Source of the DNA: Stegostoma tigrinum
Taxonomy: Eukaryota
Length of the DNA: 64,000 nt
Direction of reading: 5' to 3'
NCBI RefSeq assembly: GCF_030684315.1
Contig: NC_081367.1
Location: forward strand, 62,373,414 to 62,437,413
Part shown: positions 26,096 through 39,926 of the stretch, piece by piece
Position numbering within the stretch: position 1 is the first letter of the stretch
How the letters are laid out: each line of letters begins with the position of its first letter
Notes under the pieces: generated by a model
Told to the model about the DNA's origin: nothing
Databases searched by the model: none
What the model saw: only the letters and a program-made list of their open reading frames with translations
Program-made: the position numbers and the translations under genes

Positions 26096-27925
26096 GATAA
26101 CAAAGTGTGGGGTTGGATGAGCACAGCAAGCCAAGCAGCATCTTAGGAGCACAAAAGCTGACTTTTCGGGCCTAGACCCTTCATCAGAAAAGGGGGATGG
26201 GGAGAAGGTTCTGAAATAAATAGGGAGAGAGGGGGAGGCAGACCGAAGATGGATAGAGGAGAAGGTAGGTGGAGAGGAGAGTATGGGTGGGGAGGTAGGG
26301 AGGGGATAGGTCAGTCCGGGGAGGACAGGCAGGTCAAGGGGGCGGGATGAGGTTAGTAGGTAGGAAATGGAGGTGCGGCTTGAGATGGGAGGAGGTGATA
26401 GGTGAGAGGAAGAACAGGTTAGGCAGGCGGGGACGAGCTGGGCTGGTTTTGGGATGCAGTGGCGGGTGGAGAGATTTTGAAGCTGGTGAAATCCACAGTG
26501 ATACCATTGGGCTGCAGGGTTCCCAAGAGGAATATGAGTTGCTGTTCCTGCAACCTACGGGTGTCATCATTATGGCACTGCAGGAGGCTCAGGATGTGCA
26601 TGTCGTGTAAGGAATGGGAGGGGGAGTTGAAATGGTTCGCAACTGGGAGATGCAGTTGTTTATTGCGAACCAAGCGTAGGTGTTCTGCAAAGTGGTCCCC
26701 AAGCCTCCGCTTGATTTTCCCAATGTAGAGGAAGCCACACCGTGTACAGCGGATGCAGTATACCACGTTGGCGGATGTGCAGGTGAACATCTGCTTGATG
26801 TGGAAAGTCATCTCGCGGCCTAGGATGGGGGTGAGGGAGGAGGTGTGGGGGCAAGTGTAGCACTTCTTGCGGTTGCAGGGGAAGGTGCCGGGTGTGGTGG
26901 GGTTGGAGGGGAGTGTGGAGCGAACAAGGGAGTCACGGAGAGAGTGGTCTCTCCGAAAGGCAGACAAGGGTGGGGTGGGAAAAAATGTCTTTGGTGGTGG
27001 GGTCAGATTGTAGATGGCGGAAGTGTCGGAGGATGATGCATTGTATCCGGAGGTTGGTGGGGTGGTATGTGAGGACTAGGGGGATTCTCTTTTGGCGGTT
27101 ATTGCGAGGGTGGGATATGAAGGATGAGGTGCGCCAAATGCTGGAGACATGGTCGAGGGTGTTCTCGACCACTGTGAGGGGAGTGTTGTGGCCCTTGAAG
27201 AATGACGACATCTGGGTGTGCGGGAGTGGAATGCTTCATCCTGGGATCAGATGCGGCAGAGACATAGGAATTGGGAATAAGGGAGAGAATTTTTGCAGGA
27301 AGGTGCGGGGGAGGAGGTGTATTCCAGGTAGCTGTGGGAGTCGGTGGGCTTGAAATGGACATCGGTCTGTAGGTGGTTGCCGGAGATGGAGACAGAAAGG
27401 TCCAGGAAGGTAAGGGATGTGTTGGAGATGGTCCAGGTGAACTTGAGGTTGGGGTGGAAGGTGTTGGTGAAGTGGATGAATGGTTTGAGCTCTGATGGGA
27501 GCATGAGGCGGAGCCGATACAGTCATCAATGTAACGGAGGAAGTGGTGACGTTTTGGGCCAGTGTAGGTGCAAAAGAGGGACTATTCCACATAACCTACA
27601 AAGAGGCAGGCTTAGCTTGGGCCCATGCAGGTACCCATGGCCGCCCCCTTAGTCTGTAGGAAGTGGGAGGAATCAAAAGAGAAGTTGTTGAGGATGAGGA
27701 CAAGTTCGGCTAGGCGGATGAGGGTGTTGGTGGGGGGGGACTGGTCGGGTCTGCGGGACAGGAAGAAGCGGGCTGTGAGGGATGAGGTGCGGGAAATGTA
27801 GGAGACACGGTTGAGGGTGTTCTCGACCACTGCGGGTTGGAAGTTGCGGCCCTTGAAGAATGAGGACATCTGGGATGTCTGGGGCCAAGCTATGCCTGCC
27901 TCTTTGTAGGTTATGTGGAACAGGA
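26096..27925 (-). mobile_element. Penelope-like element (Neptune-like), 5'-truncated, RT plus GIY-YIG endonuclease
   Basis: QTKGAAMG, FLRYIDD, HPNLKFT, FLDL RT motifs; Cys linker CNRKKCYTC; NVVYCIRC..LYIG..R..EH GIY-YIG; frameshifted; hammerhead core at the 3' end. Confidence 0.92.
26157..26190 (-). ncRNA. Minimal hammerhead ribozyme motif in the Penelope 3' terminal repeat
   Basis: CUGAUGA-A-GGGU(CUAG)GCCC-GAAA-A-GUC; one substitution relative to the GAAACGUC copy at 61387. Confidence 0.65.
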
Positions 27926-28242
27926 ATGTGGAACATTTCAAAGTAGATACTAATTATCTTAACATTTCCAGTAGTGCTATACAACTTCACTAATGCACAA
28001 AAGGCTGCTCCAGGGAACCTCCTGTCCAGAAGGATAAAGTAAAATAAGCATCTAGTTTTTCCACATATATAGTTAATTCTGTCCGTCAATATAGATGACA
28101 CCACAGCTTGAGATTAAGCCGACTTTAATTGCACTTTCTATACTGGCTGAATATTCTCAAGGGCAGTTAGGGTTATATTTCATTCCCCTGACTTTGGGGA
28201 AATGTCATGATTTCATTGTGTTTAGCTCAAATTGTTGCTCTG

Positions 28243-28250
28243 TATAAATA
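28243..28250 (+). promoter_or_regulatory. Candidate TATA box of gene B
   Basis: TATAAATA about 40 nt upstream of ATG 28289. Confidence 0.55.
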
Positions 28251-28288
28251 GGAAAGATCCCATTCTCTTACAGTCAAATGAAGGCAAG

Positions 28289-28497
28289 ATGACTGTGTCT
28301 TTGTTTCCAGCCATGTGTTCTATACTGCTGTCAGCTCTTGTAGCAGAACCCAGCTGCAAACTTAGAGCAAACTTTAATGTCTCGACCACCTTTGAGGATG
28401 GTGATGTGATCCTGGCCGGTTTGTTTCCAATTCATTACCGAATAGTTCAACCAGATTCTTCCTTTCGACTGAAGGCAGTAACACCACAGTGTAAGGG
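28289..28497 (+). CDS. V2R/OlfC (CaSR-like) receptor gene B exon 1
   Basis: MTVSLFPAMCSILLSALVA signal peptide, DGDVILAGLFPIH; phase-2 donor GG|GTAAGT. Confidence 0.92.
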
Positions 28498-30282
28498 GTA
28501 AGTCTGCATTTGACTGAACTGCCTGTGAACCAAAACATTTCCTAGGATTAGACAATTAATATCATTCCAAGTTCCTTTCCACTGCTCACAAGATTCAACA
28601 GTTAAATATGTTGAATAATTTTGTAAAATAATAATTTTTGCAAAAAGAAATTCCTCAGCAATGTGCTTTGAACTGATTATCCGATAAGTTTCGTTTGACA
28701 TTTGCTATCATTTCATTTATTCTGAATGAAATGAATTTTAAAAATCCCATTGATACGGTTCTAAGTTCATTTATTACAACAGAATCCCTCAGTGAAGCTG
28801 TTTGACAGAACTTGTCTGTGTAAAACTTGCACGGGCTACATCTACATCAAATTAACAGTGAAAAAGTGAAGGAACATGTTAATCATTCCTCGACAGAAAA
28901 GGCTAACGGGATGTTTTCCTCTTAGGATAGTTTACTATGCTTCTCCCTGAAGCTACTTGTGTGTGTAATTGAATTGTTTACTAATAGTGACTGTTAGATA
29001 AAGCAGTACCTGATCAATAGTTAGAGATCACAGATTTAAAATGATTGACAAAAGGCTAGGAACGACATGAGAGAGCTATTTTTTAACACAGAAACCTGAT
29101 TCGATCTGAGTGAGCAGAGGAAACAGATTGAATAATAGCATTGAAAGGAGAATTGGGATAAATTTGAAGGGAAATAATTATATTTCCAACAGAAAAAGTT
29201 AGGTATAAACTAAATTCCTTGCTTCTATATGCAGTATTATTCTGTGATGCTATGATTTTATGTCTGATAATACAATACCTATTGTTAGTGGAGATATGTA
29301 CTGAATAATGGAAGGATTGATACACAACAGAATATCTGTTACAGTATTGAGCCACACACAGTGAGAAACTGTGAATCCTTATGACTTCACCACAGACAGC
29401 AATAAAATTGCTACCCTTGTCCTCATTGCTCTTAAGCAAGGGAAGCAAAAATAAACCAAGGCTGCTGGAAAGTGCGTATGTTACCATTGGCTGAGCCCAG
29501 ATCTGGAGTAGGTCCTATACACATTCAGAATGCGTTGGCTCACACATGAAGGAATTTATTGTGTCAAGGTCAAGCAAGATTCAGCCAGTAGCTTGATCAT
29601 TTCTGAGCAAGCAGTTGTTGAATCAGCACTCAGCCCAAATACATGAGCAGTTCTCAGCTGACTTTCAGGACCAGTATGAAAAGCGTGCTGCACTTCTGGA
29701 AGTATTAACTTAGGATATAAAACCCATGGCAACTTTTAAAAAAACAATGCCCTACAGTATCACAGCAAATAATTGCCCTCCCTCAAGCTCACTTCACCAA
29801 AAAATCAGATCAGTTGGTGATGCCATTCATGGGACTTAGCTGTGTGAAAATTATTATTTGTGGTCATACAACAATGATCATATTTTAAGAACACTTCCGG
29901 GAAATAAAGTGCTTTTTAAAAATATATTTGTTCATGGGATATGGGCTTTGCTGGTAATGACCGCACCTATTGCCCCAGCTTAACTGCCCTGGAGAAGGTA
30001 ATGATCAGTCGCCTTCTTTAACTGAGGCAGCCCTTAGGGCCTGCATATACCTGTAGTACTGTTGTGATGAATATTTTAGGGTTTTGACCCATTGGCAGTG
30101 AACAAGCATTTTGATATAGTTCTGACATGGGATGGTCTTGTTGTTCAGAGCGGAAATTGCTTTGGATATCCTGAGATGGAAAATTTTCAGTGAGCTAGCA
30201 AAGGGAATCTTGACATATGCAATTATTAACTAAGAGTCAGAGCTTTATGGAATGGAAAGGATTTAATTAGGAGTGGAGTAAT

Positions 30283-30713
30283 AAATTGGTACTTTGGCAG
30301 GAAGTTTATAGCACAGCACAACGTGTAGCTTTTCTGTAATTGTGAATATAAACTTGCAGATTGGTGCAGAAATGGATAAGCTTTTGGATGTTAGCAAAAG
30401 TACAAAGCTTCCCCGTATCTAACCATGCCGGATCTCAGAAGTGCTGCAAAGAAAGATAGAAAATGTTGCACTGATGTGGCAAACCCCTGATCCCATGACA
30501 ATAAAGCCTACAGTTAAAATAAAAATGCTGGAAATATTCAAGCAGTATCTATGGAGAGAGGAACAGGCTTAATGTTTGATTGTGGTGATTCTTTGTGATT
30601 GGGTGCTTAGAGTTGTTACAGTTTCAATGCAGAACAAGAGGAGAAGAAAGAAGAGTACCAGAAGGAAGACTTGAGATAGAGTTGAAGGCAGGAGAGATTA
30701 AAAAGCAAAAAGG
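30283..30713 (+). repeat. Donor segment of the 23863-24292 duplication
   Basis: Same sequence without flanking duplication, in gene B intron 1. Confidence 0.88.
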
Positions 30714-33312
30714 ATGACAATGCACAGTAGAAAGCAACAGTAACACAACAATATGTAAAATAAATGTCTGAGGATGTACAAATGGGCAAAAAATGGAATT
30801 ACCATGAACACCCGCTGCTCTGAAAGAAGGGAGCAGGGTCTATGATTTGTAAACTGTTAAACTCAATGCGATGTTTCAAAAGCTATAAAATTCCTGGTTG
30901 AAAAAAAGACTCAATGTGCCATCAGATTCTATTTTCGTTCTATTAGAAAGGTTACAGAGGCTGAGGACAGAGTGCAGTTAAGTCACAGCAAAAGACATTT
31001 GAAATGTAGCCATTGTTATAATGTAGAAAAATTAGCAGCAGATTTGTAAACACTAATCTCACTCAAACAGCAATGCGATATTTATCTAATAATTTTTTCT
31101 TGAATGATGATCTGTTGAGGGACAAATACCACATTATTTCGTGTTGGCTGTTTTATTCTTCTGTCAAGTTCATGGTTTATTGAATCTTTGTCTGATTTGC
31201 CAGGCTTCTCTAGTCACCCATCCCCCAATCCACTCTAGCTGTACAGAAGCTGGGAGAGAGATTTCAAGCAAAGTGAGCAAAGATTTGGTTTGGCTTTGGG
31301 TGTGGGTTGGTGGCTTAAAGCCCTAAAAATCAAACTTTTGACACAAATCTATGACTAAATAGCTAACTTCCAGATTTAGGCGAAGTGACAATATGATTGG
31401 AAAACTAACCAAATTCAAGGAGATGGGCTGGTATTTTAAATTTGATAAAGAAAATGTAAGCCTCATTAAAGTGTAGCTCTTTGAATTTAGCTTTGTCAAT
31501 GAAGTTTACCAAGGCTCGAATACAAGACCACTCACCGACCGACAAGGCCCCAGATACCCTTCAGGCCTTTCATCCGACCTGAGGAAGCCTCTGCAATCCC
31601 ATAGGCCAGGCGCCAACTCACAACGCATTTTATACTCCCCAGTTCTTGACAAAAAACTCGGAAGGTCTCTAATCTCTTTCTCTTCAGGCCTCTAAGCTCC
31701 CCCGCTGCTTCTAATTCATGCCTAAGCCTCAAATCACATAACCCAGATCACAATTAGCCCTCTATCTTGGTCTTTTATTTATTCTCTCATGCAACATGAG
31801 TTGTTGGTGGCTAACGGGTATTGCCTGTCCCTGGCTGTCTTTGAGAAGGTGGTAGTGAGCTGCCTTCCTGAAATGCTTGAAATCATACGCTGTCAGTGCA
31901 CCTCTAATGCTCTTAGGGAGAGAATTCCAGGATGTGGATTTAGTGACAGTGATTGAACATCCAAATCAAGATGATGGGTGAAAAACAAATCCCTGCCTAC
32001 CCAACCTCTCCTCAAAATTCAAATCTTCCAGTCCAGGTAGCATTCTAGTAATGTGTTTTTTTTGCACTGTTAGCTGTATGCTGAGCCTCGTTGAGTTTCT
32101 GGGCAATGGTAATCCCCAGGATGTTGATAGCTGGGGATTCAATGAAGGAATGCCATTGAATGTCAAGGGGCAGTGGTTAGATCGTGTCTTATTGCAAGTA
32201 GAATCTGTTAATTTAACTACCAGTCTTCAAGGCCCTGAGTAATCAGCACATCTGCACTCCTCCACTTTAGAGCACCCACCTCATTCACTGATTGACATGC
32301 TATGCCCTCACCAGAAATTGATACCCCAGCCTACAGCCTGAGATTATCATTCTTGACAAGGACTTTGCTGATCCTGCAGCATTCCTGATTCCCATTCCAA
32401 CTGCAAACCAAGACAATCAATCAACTGCCTTCTGGGAAACGGACTGATTATTGATGAACCATGGACAGCATAAGAGGAAATGCCACCTTCTGTGTTCCCT
32501 GTGTTTTACTGACCCAACCACACTTGGTGGGCCAGCTGACTAAAAATCTAAGTCTGTATCTCATAGACGACTTTACCTTTTCCACTTTCTCTCATTCTGA
32601 TTGGGTAGCTTGTGTGATTTGACCATTTTTCTTCACTTCAGCTTCTTGTAATGTATGTTATGGTGTACTCCCGCTGTTAATTCACTTCCACTGTTCTTTT
32701 ATTCCTCAAATACTGTTCTTCTATAACACTCAGATTTTGATGTGGTGCCCACAGCCTATAACATTCTGTTGGCTTTCTTCACAGACATTGCATAACCTAT
32801 TGTGTGCTTCTCCTGTTTTCTCTTTTTATTTCATTTCCAGCATTTTGCATTCTCTTATGTGGACCACATTTCCTATAGCATTAACTAAACACTTCAAAAG
32901 TACAACATTTACTATTGAGTATATTAAAACATCTGATAGTTGTAAAAAGTGCAATAAAAATATAATTCTTTCTGAATGGCCTCCTTCTGAACAATAACAA
33001 TGGGATTCTGTGATTTTATTTAATTCTTCCATTTTGCAATGAATCTCAAAGTAAGTTAACTCTGCAGTGGATTTTCAGCTTGGAATAGAAATGAACTCAA
33101 GCAATTCTGATTTTTCTTTCTTCTTTTCATTACTGGCTGGCCAGTATTCCTCACCCTTCCCTAGTTGCCCTTGAGAAGGTGGTGGTGAGTTGCCTTCTTG
33201 AGCCATTGCAGTCCTATCCATGCTTTGAAAGAACATTAGAAACCCAACTCTTAATCTCAATTTGTTTAGCTAAACTTGGAATGCAAGTTAATCATTGAAC
33301 CTTGATTCTCAG

Positions 33313-33604
33313 TTTTGATTTCAGATCTTTTCGTTGGGCCCAGACAATGATTTTTGCCATTCAAGAAATAAACAGGGATGAGATGCTTCTTCCGAATATA
33401 AAACTGGGTTTTCAGATTTACGACACCTGTGCAACACACACCCAGTCCCTCAGGTCAGCGTTAGCACTTACCAGCGGCAAGAATGAACAAATATCCGACC
33501 AAGACTGCAAGGGATTCTCTCCTATTCCTGTAATTGTTGGAGACTCGGGATCAACACAGTCCATGATTATACAAAGAACATTGGGCGCTTTCAGAATTCC
33601 GCTG
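33313..33604 (+). CDS. V2R/OlfC gene B exon 2
   Basis: Acceptor ttctcag; FRWAQTMIFAIQEIN..VGDSGSTQS; donor CTG|GTATGT; 292 bp. Confidence 0.94.
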
Positions 33605-34966
33605 GTATGTTTTGAGTTCAATGACTGCAGTTGGACATTCCCCCAGTAGTGAACAGAGTCTTTATCCAATTATATGAGGCCAAACCATACCGTACACAAC
33701 CCTAATCATGCATCTGCACCATCACCAAGGCTACACCTCAGCTCAACTATTCCTAAGATCCTCTTCTAAGCTCTCACTTTTAAAATTGACAATTTTGATG
33801 ATTGGCCCCCATCTTTTAACCTGCATAGCTTGAACTCATCTTACATTACAATGCCTGCATCCTGAATTGCACCTAATTTTCATTCACTCATCACCCTTGT
33901 ACTCATTGCCCTACATTGGCTCCAAGTTAACAATACCATGATTTTTAAAATTTTCATCCTTGCTTCCAAATCCCTCTATATCTGGCCCTTCAACCCTGTG
34001 AAATATCTGCAAGCCTTAATTCAAGCACATCAAAATTCATCGTTCCATAGCTGCCATGGTCTTAGGTTTTGTCCTTCTCTTTCTACATGTCTCTGCCACA
34101 TGACCTCTTTCATGTTCTTGCAGAGAAACTCCTCAAAACTTCCCTCTTTGACTGAGTTTTTCTAGTCCATTCCTGTCCCCTTAATTTAAGTTCACTTTCC
34201 TTTACTTTAAATATGTAGCTACAAACCCCTTAAGGTATCTTATTATTTTAAAAGATTTGTGTAAAAGGAGGCTGTGGTCACTGTTGCAAGCACTAATTTG
34301 ACAGAAAGCATAACATTGGTACTGGATATGTGAGAGGGTGGCTGGCTGTCAATTTGCCTCACATGCCCAAATGATGAGTTGGCCAGGTTAGTAATAATGG
34401 AGAATGAGGACTGCTCCATAAGTTTGAATGTAAATTCAATACCAAGTCACTGTCTATTGTCTATTGTCTATTGGTTTTCCTTTTGTTTTCTTTTTATCTT
34501 CCTACCGATATTTGAGAAAGCACCTCCACTGTAATTGGTGATATTAACATAGCTGTAAGAACAGGAGTAGGCCAGTTTGCTTTCTGAGCCTGCTCCACCA
34601 TTCAGTAAGATTATGGATGATCTAGTTGTTTCTCAGGCCCATTTTCCCTTTCAGTTAACTCAGCTGACTGGATGGCTGGTTTGCAATGCCGAGAGATGCC
34701 GAAGCACAGGTTGAATTCCTGCACTGGCTGAGGTTGTTATGAAGGACACTTCTTTTCAACATCTTACTCCACCTGATCATAGTGATCTGTGGGTTAAACC
34801 ACCACCAATTACCTCTTTCTAATGAGAGAGCAGGACTATGATGACATTATGTTTATCTAGTATCTTGATAATCTTATGCACACTAATCAGATCATTCCTC
34901 AACCTAAACTTTAACTCTGGCATTATTCCTGATTTACTTTATACCTCCTCCAAGTCTCCTTCATTA

Positions 34967-37213
34967 TAGAACATAGAACTGAGAACAATACAGAGCAGAA
35001 CAGGCCCTTCAGCCCTTGATGTTGCGCCGACCTGTGAGCTGATCTAAGCCCTTCCCCCTACACTATCCCATCATCATCCATATTCTTATCCAAGGACTGT
35101 TTAAATGCCCCTATTGTGCCTGAGTTAACTACATTGGCAAGCAGGGCATTTCACACCCTTACCACTCTCTGAGTAAAGAACCTGTCTCTGACATCTGTCT
35201 TAAATCTATCACCCCTCAAATTGCAGCTATGCCCCCTTGTACAAGGCGACATCATCATCCAAGGAAAAAGGCTCTTACTGTCTACTCTATCTAATCCTCT
35301 AATCATCTTGTATGTCTCTATTAAAACCCCTCTTAGCCTTCTTCTCTCCAATGAGAGCAACCCAAGTCCCTCAGGCTTTCCGCATAAGACCTTTTCCCCA
35401 TACCAGGCAACATCCTGGTAAATCTCCCCTGCACCATTTCCAATGCTTCCACATCCTTCCTATGATGGGGCAACCAGAACTGCACTCAATATTCCAAGTG
35501 AGGCTGCACTCACGTTTTGTACAGTTGCAGCATGACATCACGGCTCCGGAACTCAATCCCTCTACCAATAAAACCTAACACACCGTAAGCCTTCTTAACA
35601 GCACAAATCAACCTGGGTGGCAACTTTCAGGGATTTATGTACATGGACACCAAGATCCCTCTGCACATCTACACTACCAAGAATCTTTCCATTGACCTCA
35701 TATTCTGCCTTCCTATTATTCTTCTCAAAGTGAATCACCTCACATTTACCTGCATTGAACTCCATTTGCCACCCTTCAGCCCAATTCTGCAGTTTATCCA
35801 AGTTTCCCTGCAACCTGCAACATTCTTCCACACTGTCCACCACTCCACCGACTTTAGTATCATCTCCAAACTTACTAACCCATCCACCTATGCCTGCGTC
35901 CAAGTCATTTATAAAAATGACAAATAGCAGTGGTCCCAAAACAGATCCTTGTGGCACACCACTAGTAACCGGACTCCAGGCTGAACATTTCCCATCAACC
36001 ACCACTCGTTGACTTCTTACAGAAGGCCAGTTTCTAATCCAAACTGCTAAATCTCCCTCAATCCCATGCCTTCACATTTTCTCCAATAGCCTACCATGTG
36101 GAACCTTATCAAAGGCTTTACTGAAGTCCAAGTACACCACATCAACTGCCCTACACTCATCTACATGTTTGGTGACCTTCTCAAAAAACTCAATGAGGTT
36201 TGTGAGACACGACCTGCCCTTGACGAATCCATGTTGACTATCTCCAATCAAGTTGTTGCTTGCTAGATGATTATAAAACCTATCTCTTATAATCCTTTCC
36301 AAAACTTTTCCCACAACAGACGTAAGGCTCATGGGTTTATACTTACCTGGGTCATCTTTATTGCCCTTCTTGAACAAGGGCACAATATTTGCAATCCTCC
36401 AGTCCTCTATTACTAAACCTATAGACAATGAGGACTCAAAGTTCGAGGCCAAAGACTCCGCTATCTCCTCCTTAGCTTCCCAGAGAATCCTCAGAAAAAT
36501 CCCAACCGGCCCAGGGGATTTATCTGCCTTCAAACTTTCTAGAATTGAGAACACCTCCTCCTTACTTACGTCATTCATTTCAAGTCTAATGGTCTGTGTC
36601 TCAGTCTTCTCCTCTGCAATATTCTCCTTTTCCTGAGTGAAAACAAATGAGAAATATTCATTTAGCTCCTCTCCAATCTCTATCGGGTCCACACACGACT
36701 TCCCACTTCTGTCTTTGACAGGCCCTATTCCTACCCTAGTCATCCTTTTATTCCTCAGATACCTATAGAAAGCTTTAGGGTTCTCCTTTATTCTACCTGC
36801 TAATGTCTGCTCACGTCTCCTCCTTGCTCTTCTAAACTTTCTCTTTAAATCCTTCCCAGCTAATCTGTAACTCTCCATCGCCTCATCTGAACCATCTCAT
36901 CTCAATGTCACATAAGCCTCCCTCTTCTGCTTAACAGGAGATACAATTTCTTTAGTAAACCATGGTTCCCTTACCTTATCGCTTCCTCCCTGCCTGACAG
37001 GGACATACCTATCAAGGACATGCAATATCTGTTCCTTAAACCGGCTCCACATTTCGATTGTCCCCATCCCCTGCATTTTGCTACCCCATTCTATGCTTCC
37101 TAAGTCTTGCCTAATCGCATTAAAATTTTCCTTCCCCCATCTATAATTCTTGCCCTGTGGCATATTCCTATCCCTTTCTATTGCTAAAGTAAACGTAACC
37201 GAATTATGGTTAA
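34967..37213 (-). mobile_element. Young CR1/HER1-like LINE in gene B intron 2
   Basis: Long ORF2 pieces (268 aa, 136 aa) with QHGFVKGRSCLTNL, YLDFSKAFDKVPH, SGVPQGSVLGP, KFGDDTK; agaacat-type tail. Confidence 0.95.
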
Positions 37214-38084
37214 TTATGTGCGGGCTCAGGATTGAACACATTTGTCAATCTTTACGAAGCCTCTTACAACTGTAGAATAAAATTTTGTCCCAAGTCAATT
37301 TTATATACAGTGCAGAAACAAACAATTCCACCTAAACAGTCCACACCATTGCTTATGCCCCACTCAAGTTTCAACCTCACATTTTTTCATGTTCAAATTT
37401 CCATCATAACAAACATCACACTTTTTCACAGATGCTTATCTTATTTCCTCTCGAATACTTCTATAAGATTTGCTTCAATCACTCCCTGTGGTAGTGAGTT
37501 CCACATTCTTACTACTCGTTACCTAAACAAGCATCTTCTGAATTCCCTGTTGAATTTTGTTGCTGACTCTCTTATATTGATGATCTCTAGTTATGCTCTT
37601 TCCTGTGAAGAGGAATCATTTTCTCTTTATGCACTCTATCGAAAACTTCTATCATTTAAAAAACTTCAGTTACTTCATTCTGAACATATTACTAACGCCA
37701 ACTACTTTTCATCTGTGAATAAATCCCTCATTATGTTACAAAACTTGTAGAATTTTGAGGAATGAAAGGTGATGTCACTGAAATATCTCAAATTCAGTTA
37801 GGACTGGACAGACTGGATGCAGAAATAATGCTCCATAATGTTCACATAACAAATGATGTTCATCCAGCTCCACACCTTGTTATCCCGGATTCTCCAGCAT
37901 CTGCAGTTCCTATTATCACTGAAATAATGCTACTTGTCTGGGATTAGTTGTTGGAGGGGAGTGATGTGGTGGTGGTGTTAGTGGGGGGAGGGAGGTGGGA
38001 AGGGAGTTGCAGTGCTTCTCGAACATGGGGTCATGGTCCCTGGATAGGGATATACCATTTCGGGCTAAGTTAAAGAAAACTTTC

Positions 38085-38335
38085 TTCACTGGGGAGGGTG
38101 GTAGCAGCTTAATGGTATTATCCAGAAGCTATTCTGTGGTCCTGTGTCCAAATCCTACAATAGTGGATGGTGGATTTTGAATTCAACAAAAATCTGGGAT
38201 TAAGAGTCTAATGGTGACCATGAATCCATTGTCAGGAAAAAAAACCTGGTTTACTAATACCCTTGAGGAAAGGGAACTGCCACCCTAACCTGGCCTGACC
38301 TACAAGTGACACCAGACCCACAACTATAAATAAAT
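38085..38335 (+). mobile_element. tRNA-like SINE (second family) nested in a CR1 fragment
   Basis: Similar to the copy at 38665-38980 (ggtt(c/t)actaat...gactccagacccaca). Confidence 0.55.
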
Positions 38336-38664
38336 TTTGGCCGAGCCCTAATCCTGTGAAGGAATAAAAAAAATTCAGAGTGTGGTGAACATGTACTCTT
38401 TTGCCACATAAGTCTGTGGAGGCCAAGTTACTGAATATAATCATGAAAGAAATAGTCAGATTTCTAGAAACTACGGGATATGTGGAGAAAGTGGGTGTAT
38501 GGCATTGATATAGAGGATCAACCGTCATAAAATTAAATGGTGGGAAAGGTTCAATAAACTGAATGGCCTTTTTGTGCTCCTATTTTCAATGTTTCTAAAT
38601 CAGACAGACATAACTTGATCCCAAATTCATTCCTTAGTCTGTGGTTTGCCAATTCAGTTCAGGG

Positions 38665-38980
38665 AGGATAGTGACATTGTGGTAATGTTACTGGTATTAA
38701 ATCCAGACCCTCGCATTAATGTCTGGGGGCCATAGTCTGGATTCCAAAATGACAGATGATGAAATTTGAATTTGATGAAGGCCTGGAATAAAACACTCAC
38801 TTAATGGTAACTGCGTAGCCACTGTCAATTGTCATAAAAGCACATCTGGTTCACTAATATTCTCAAGGAAAACTTTAGCTGGTATGGCCTATACTTGACT
38901 CCAGACCCACAGGAATGTGGTTGTCTCTTAACTGCCCTCTGGGCAGTCAGAGTTGGGTAATAAATGTTAGCCTGGGTAGT
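38665..38980 (+). mobile_element. tRNA-like SINE (second family)
   Basis: Paralogous to 38085-38335; partial copy near 20370-20440. Confidence 0.55.
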
Positions 38981-39926
38981 AATGTGGAACTGGTTTCGCT
39001 CCTTTGGACTTTAGGTATGAAGGTACCTCTGCGAGAAAGTAAGTTTGTCAATATTGGGCGAGGATTGGGATTTGATTTGTTTGTAACTGCCCCTTGACTG
39101 AAAAGAATCTCAACAATGCACATGAAGAGGAAGTATTTGGGGGCATCAAAGATTTAGCTTTCAGGAAATGAAAGATGGTTGCATTGTTTTGCTGATCCTT
39201 AATAAAATAATGTTTCGTGGACAGCTGGAGTATTATGTCCAAATCTGGGCATTATGTTTTTGGGAGGATAGCTAGGAGATATTTTAGAACAAGAAAACAT
39301 TTAACGGCAATGAGACTCTTCAGTTTTTTGGAATGGCTCAGAGCAAAAAGATTCAGGAGAAGACAATTTAGGAGGGGCATGCAAAATGAAGAGGGGTTTT
39401 AGTAAAATAAAAATGGAGAAACTGTTTCCACTGGCAATGTGGTCATTAATCAGAAGGCACAGATTTAAGATAGTGACAAAAAACTGCAGATGCCAGAATC
39501 CAAGGTAGACAAACAGGAGGCTGGAAGAATACAGCAATCCAGGCAGCATCTGGAGTAAAGGAGCAGTCAATGATTCAGATGTTACCATTCTTCAGTAGTC
39601 CAGATTTAAGATAATTGACAAAAGGACCAGAGATAACATGAGGAAATAAAATAAGCAGTGAGTTGTAAGGATCTGGGTTACATTGCCCAAAAAAGGTATT
39701 GGAAGCTGATTCAATAATAATATCCAAAATGACATTGGAAACTGGAAAAAGAAGAGCAAAGTTACGACTATGGGGAAATAGCAGAGAAACAGGGTCAACT
39801 GAATTATTTTATCATGGAGCAACACAGACATTATGTGCTAAATGGTCTTTCAATTGTAGTACACAGTGATTCTATGAATAGGTTAATCTATGCTGCATTG
39901 CTAAATCCATTCTTGGTTTCCTCTAG

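Noticed and set aside
28232-28288. N-terminal extension of gene B in the ORF track
   Set aside because: Starts at TTG and overlaps the TATA box; ATG 28289 gives a proper signal peptide.
37232-37750. 172-aa ORF
   Set aside because: No recognisable domain; overlaps an antisense CR1 3' remnant.
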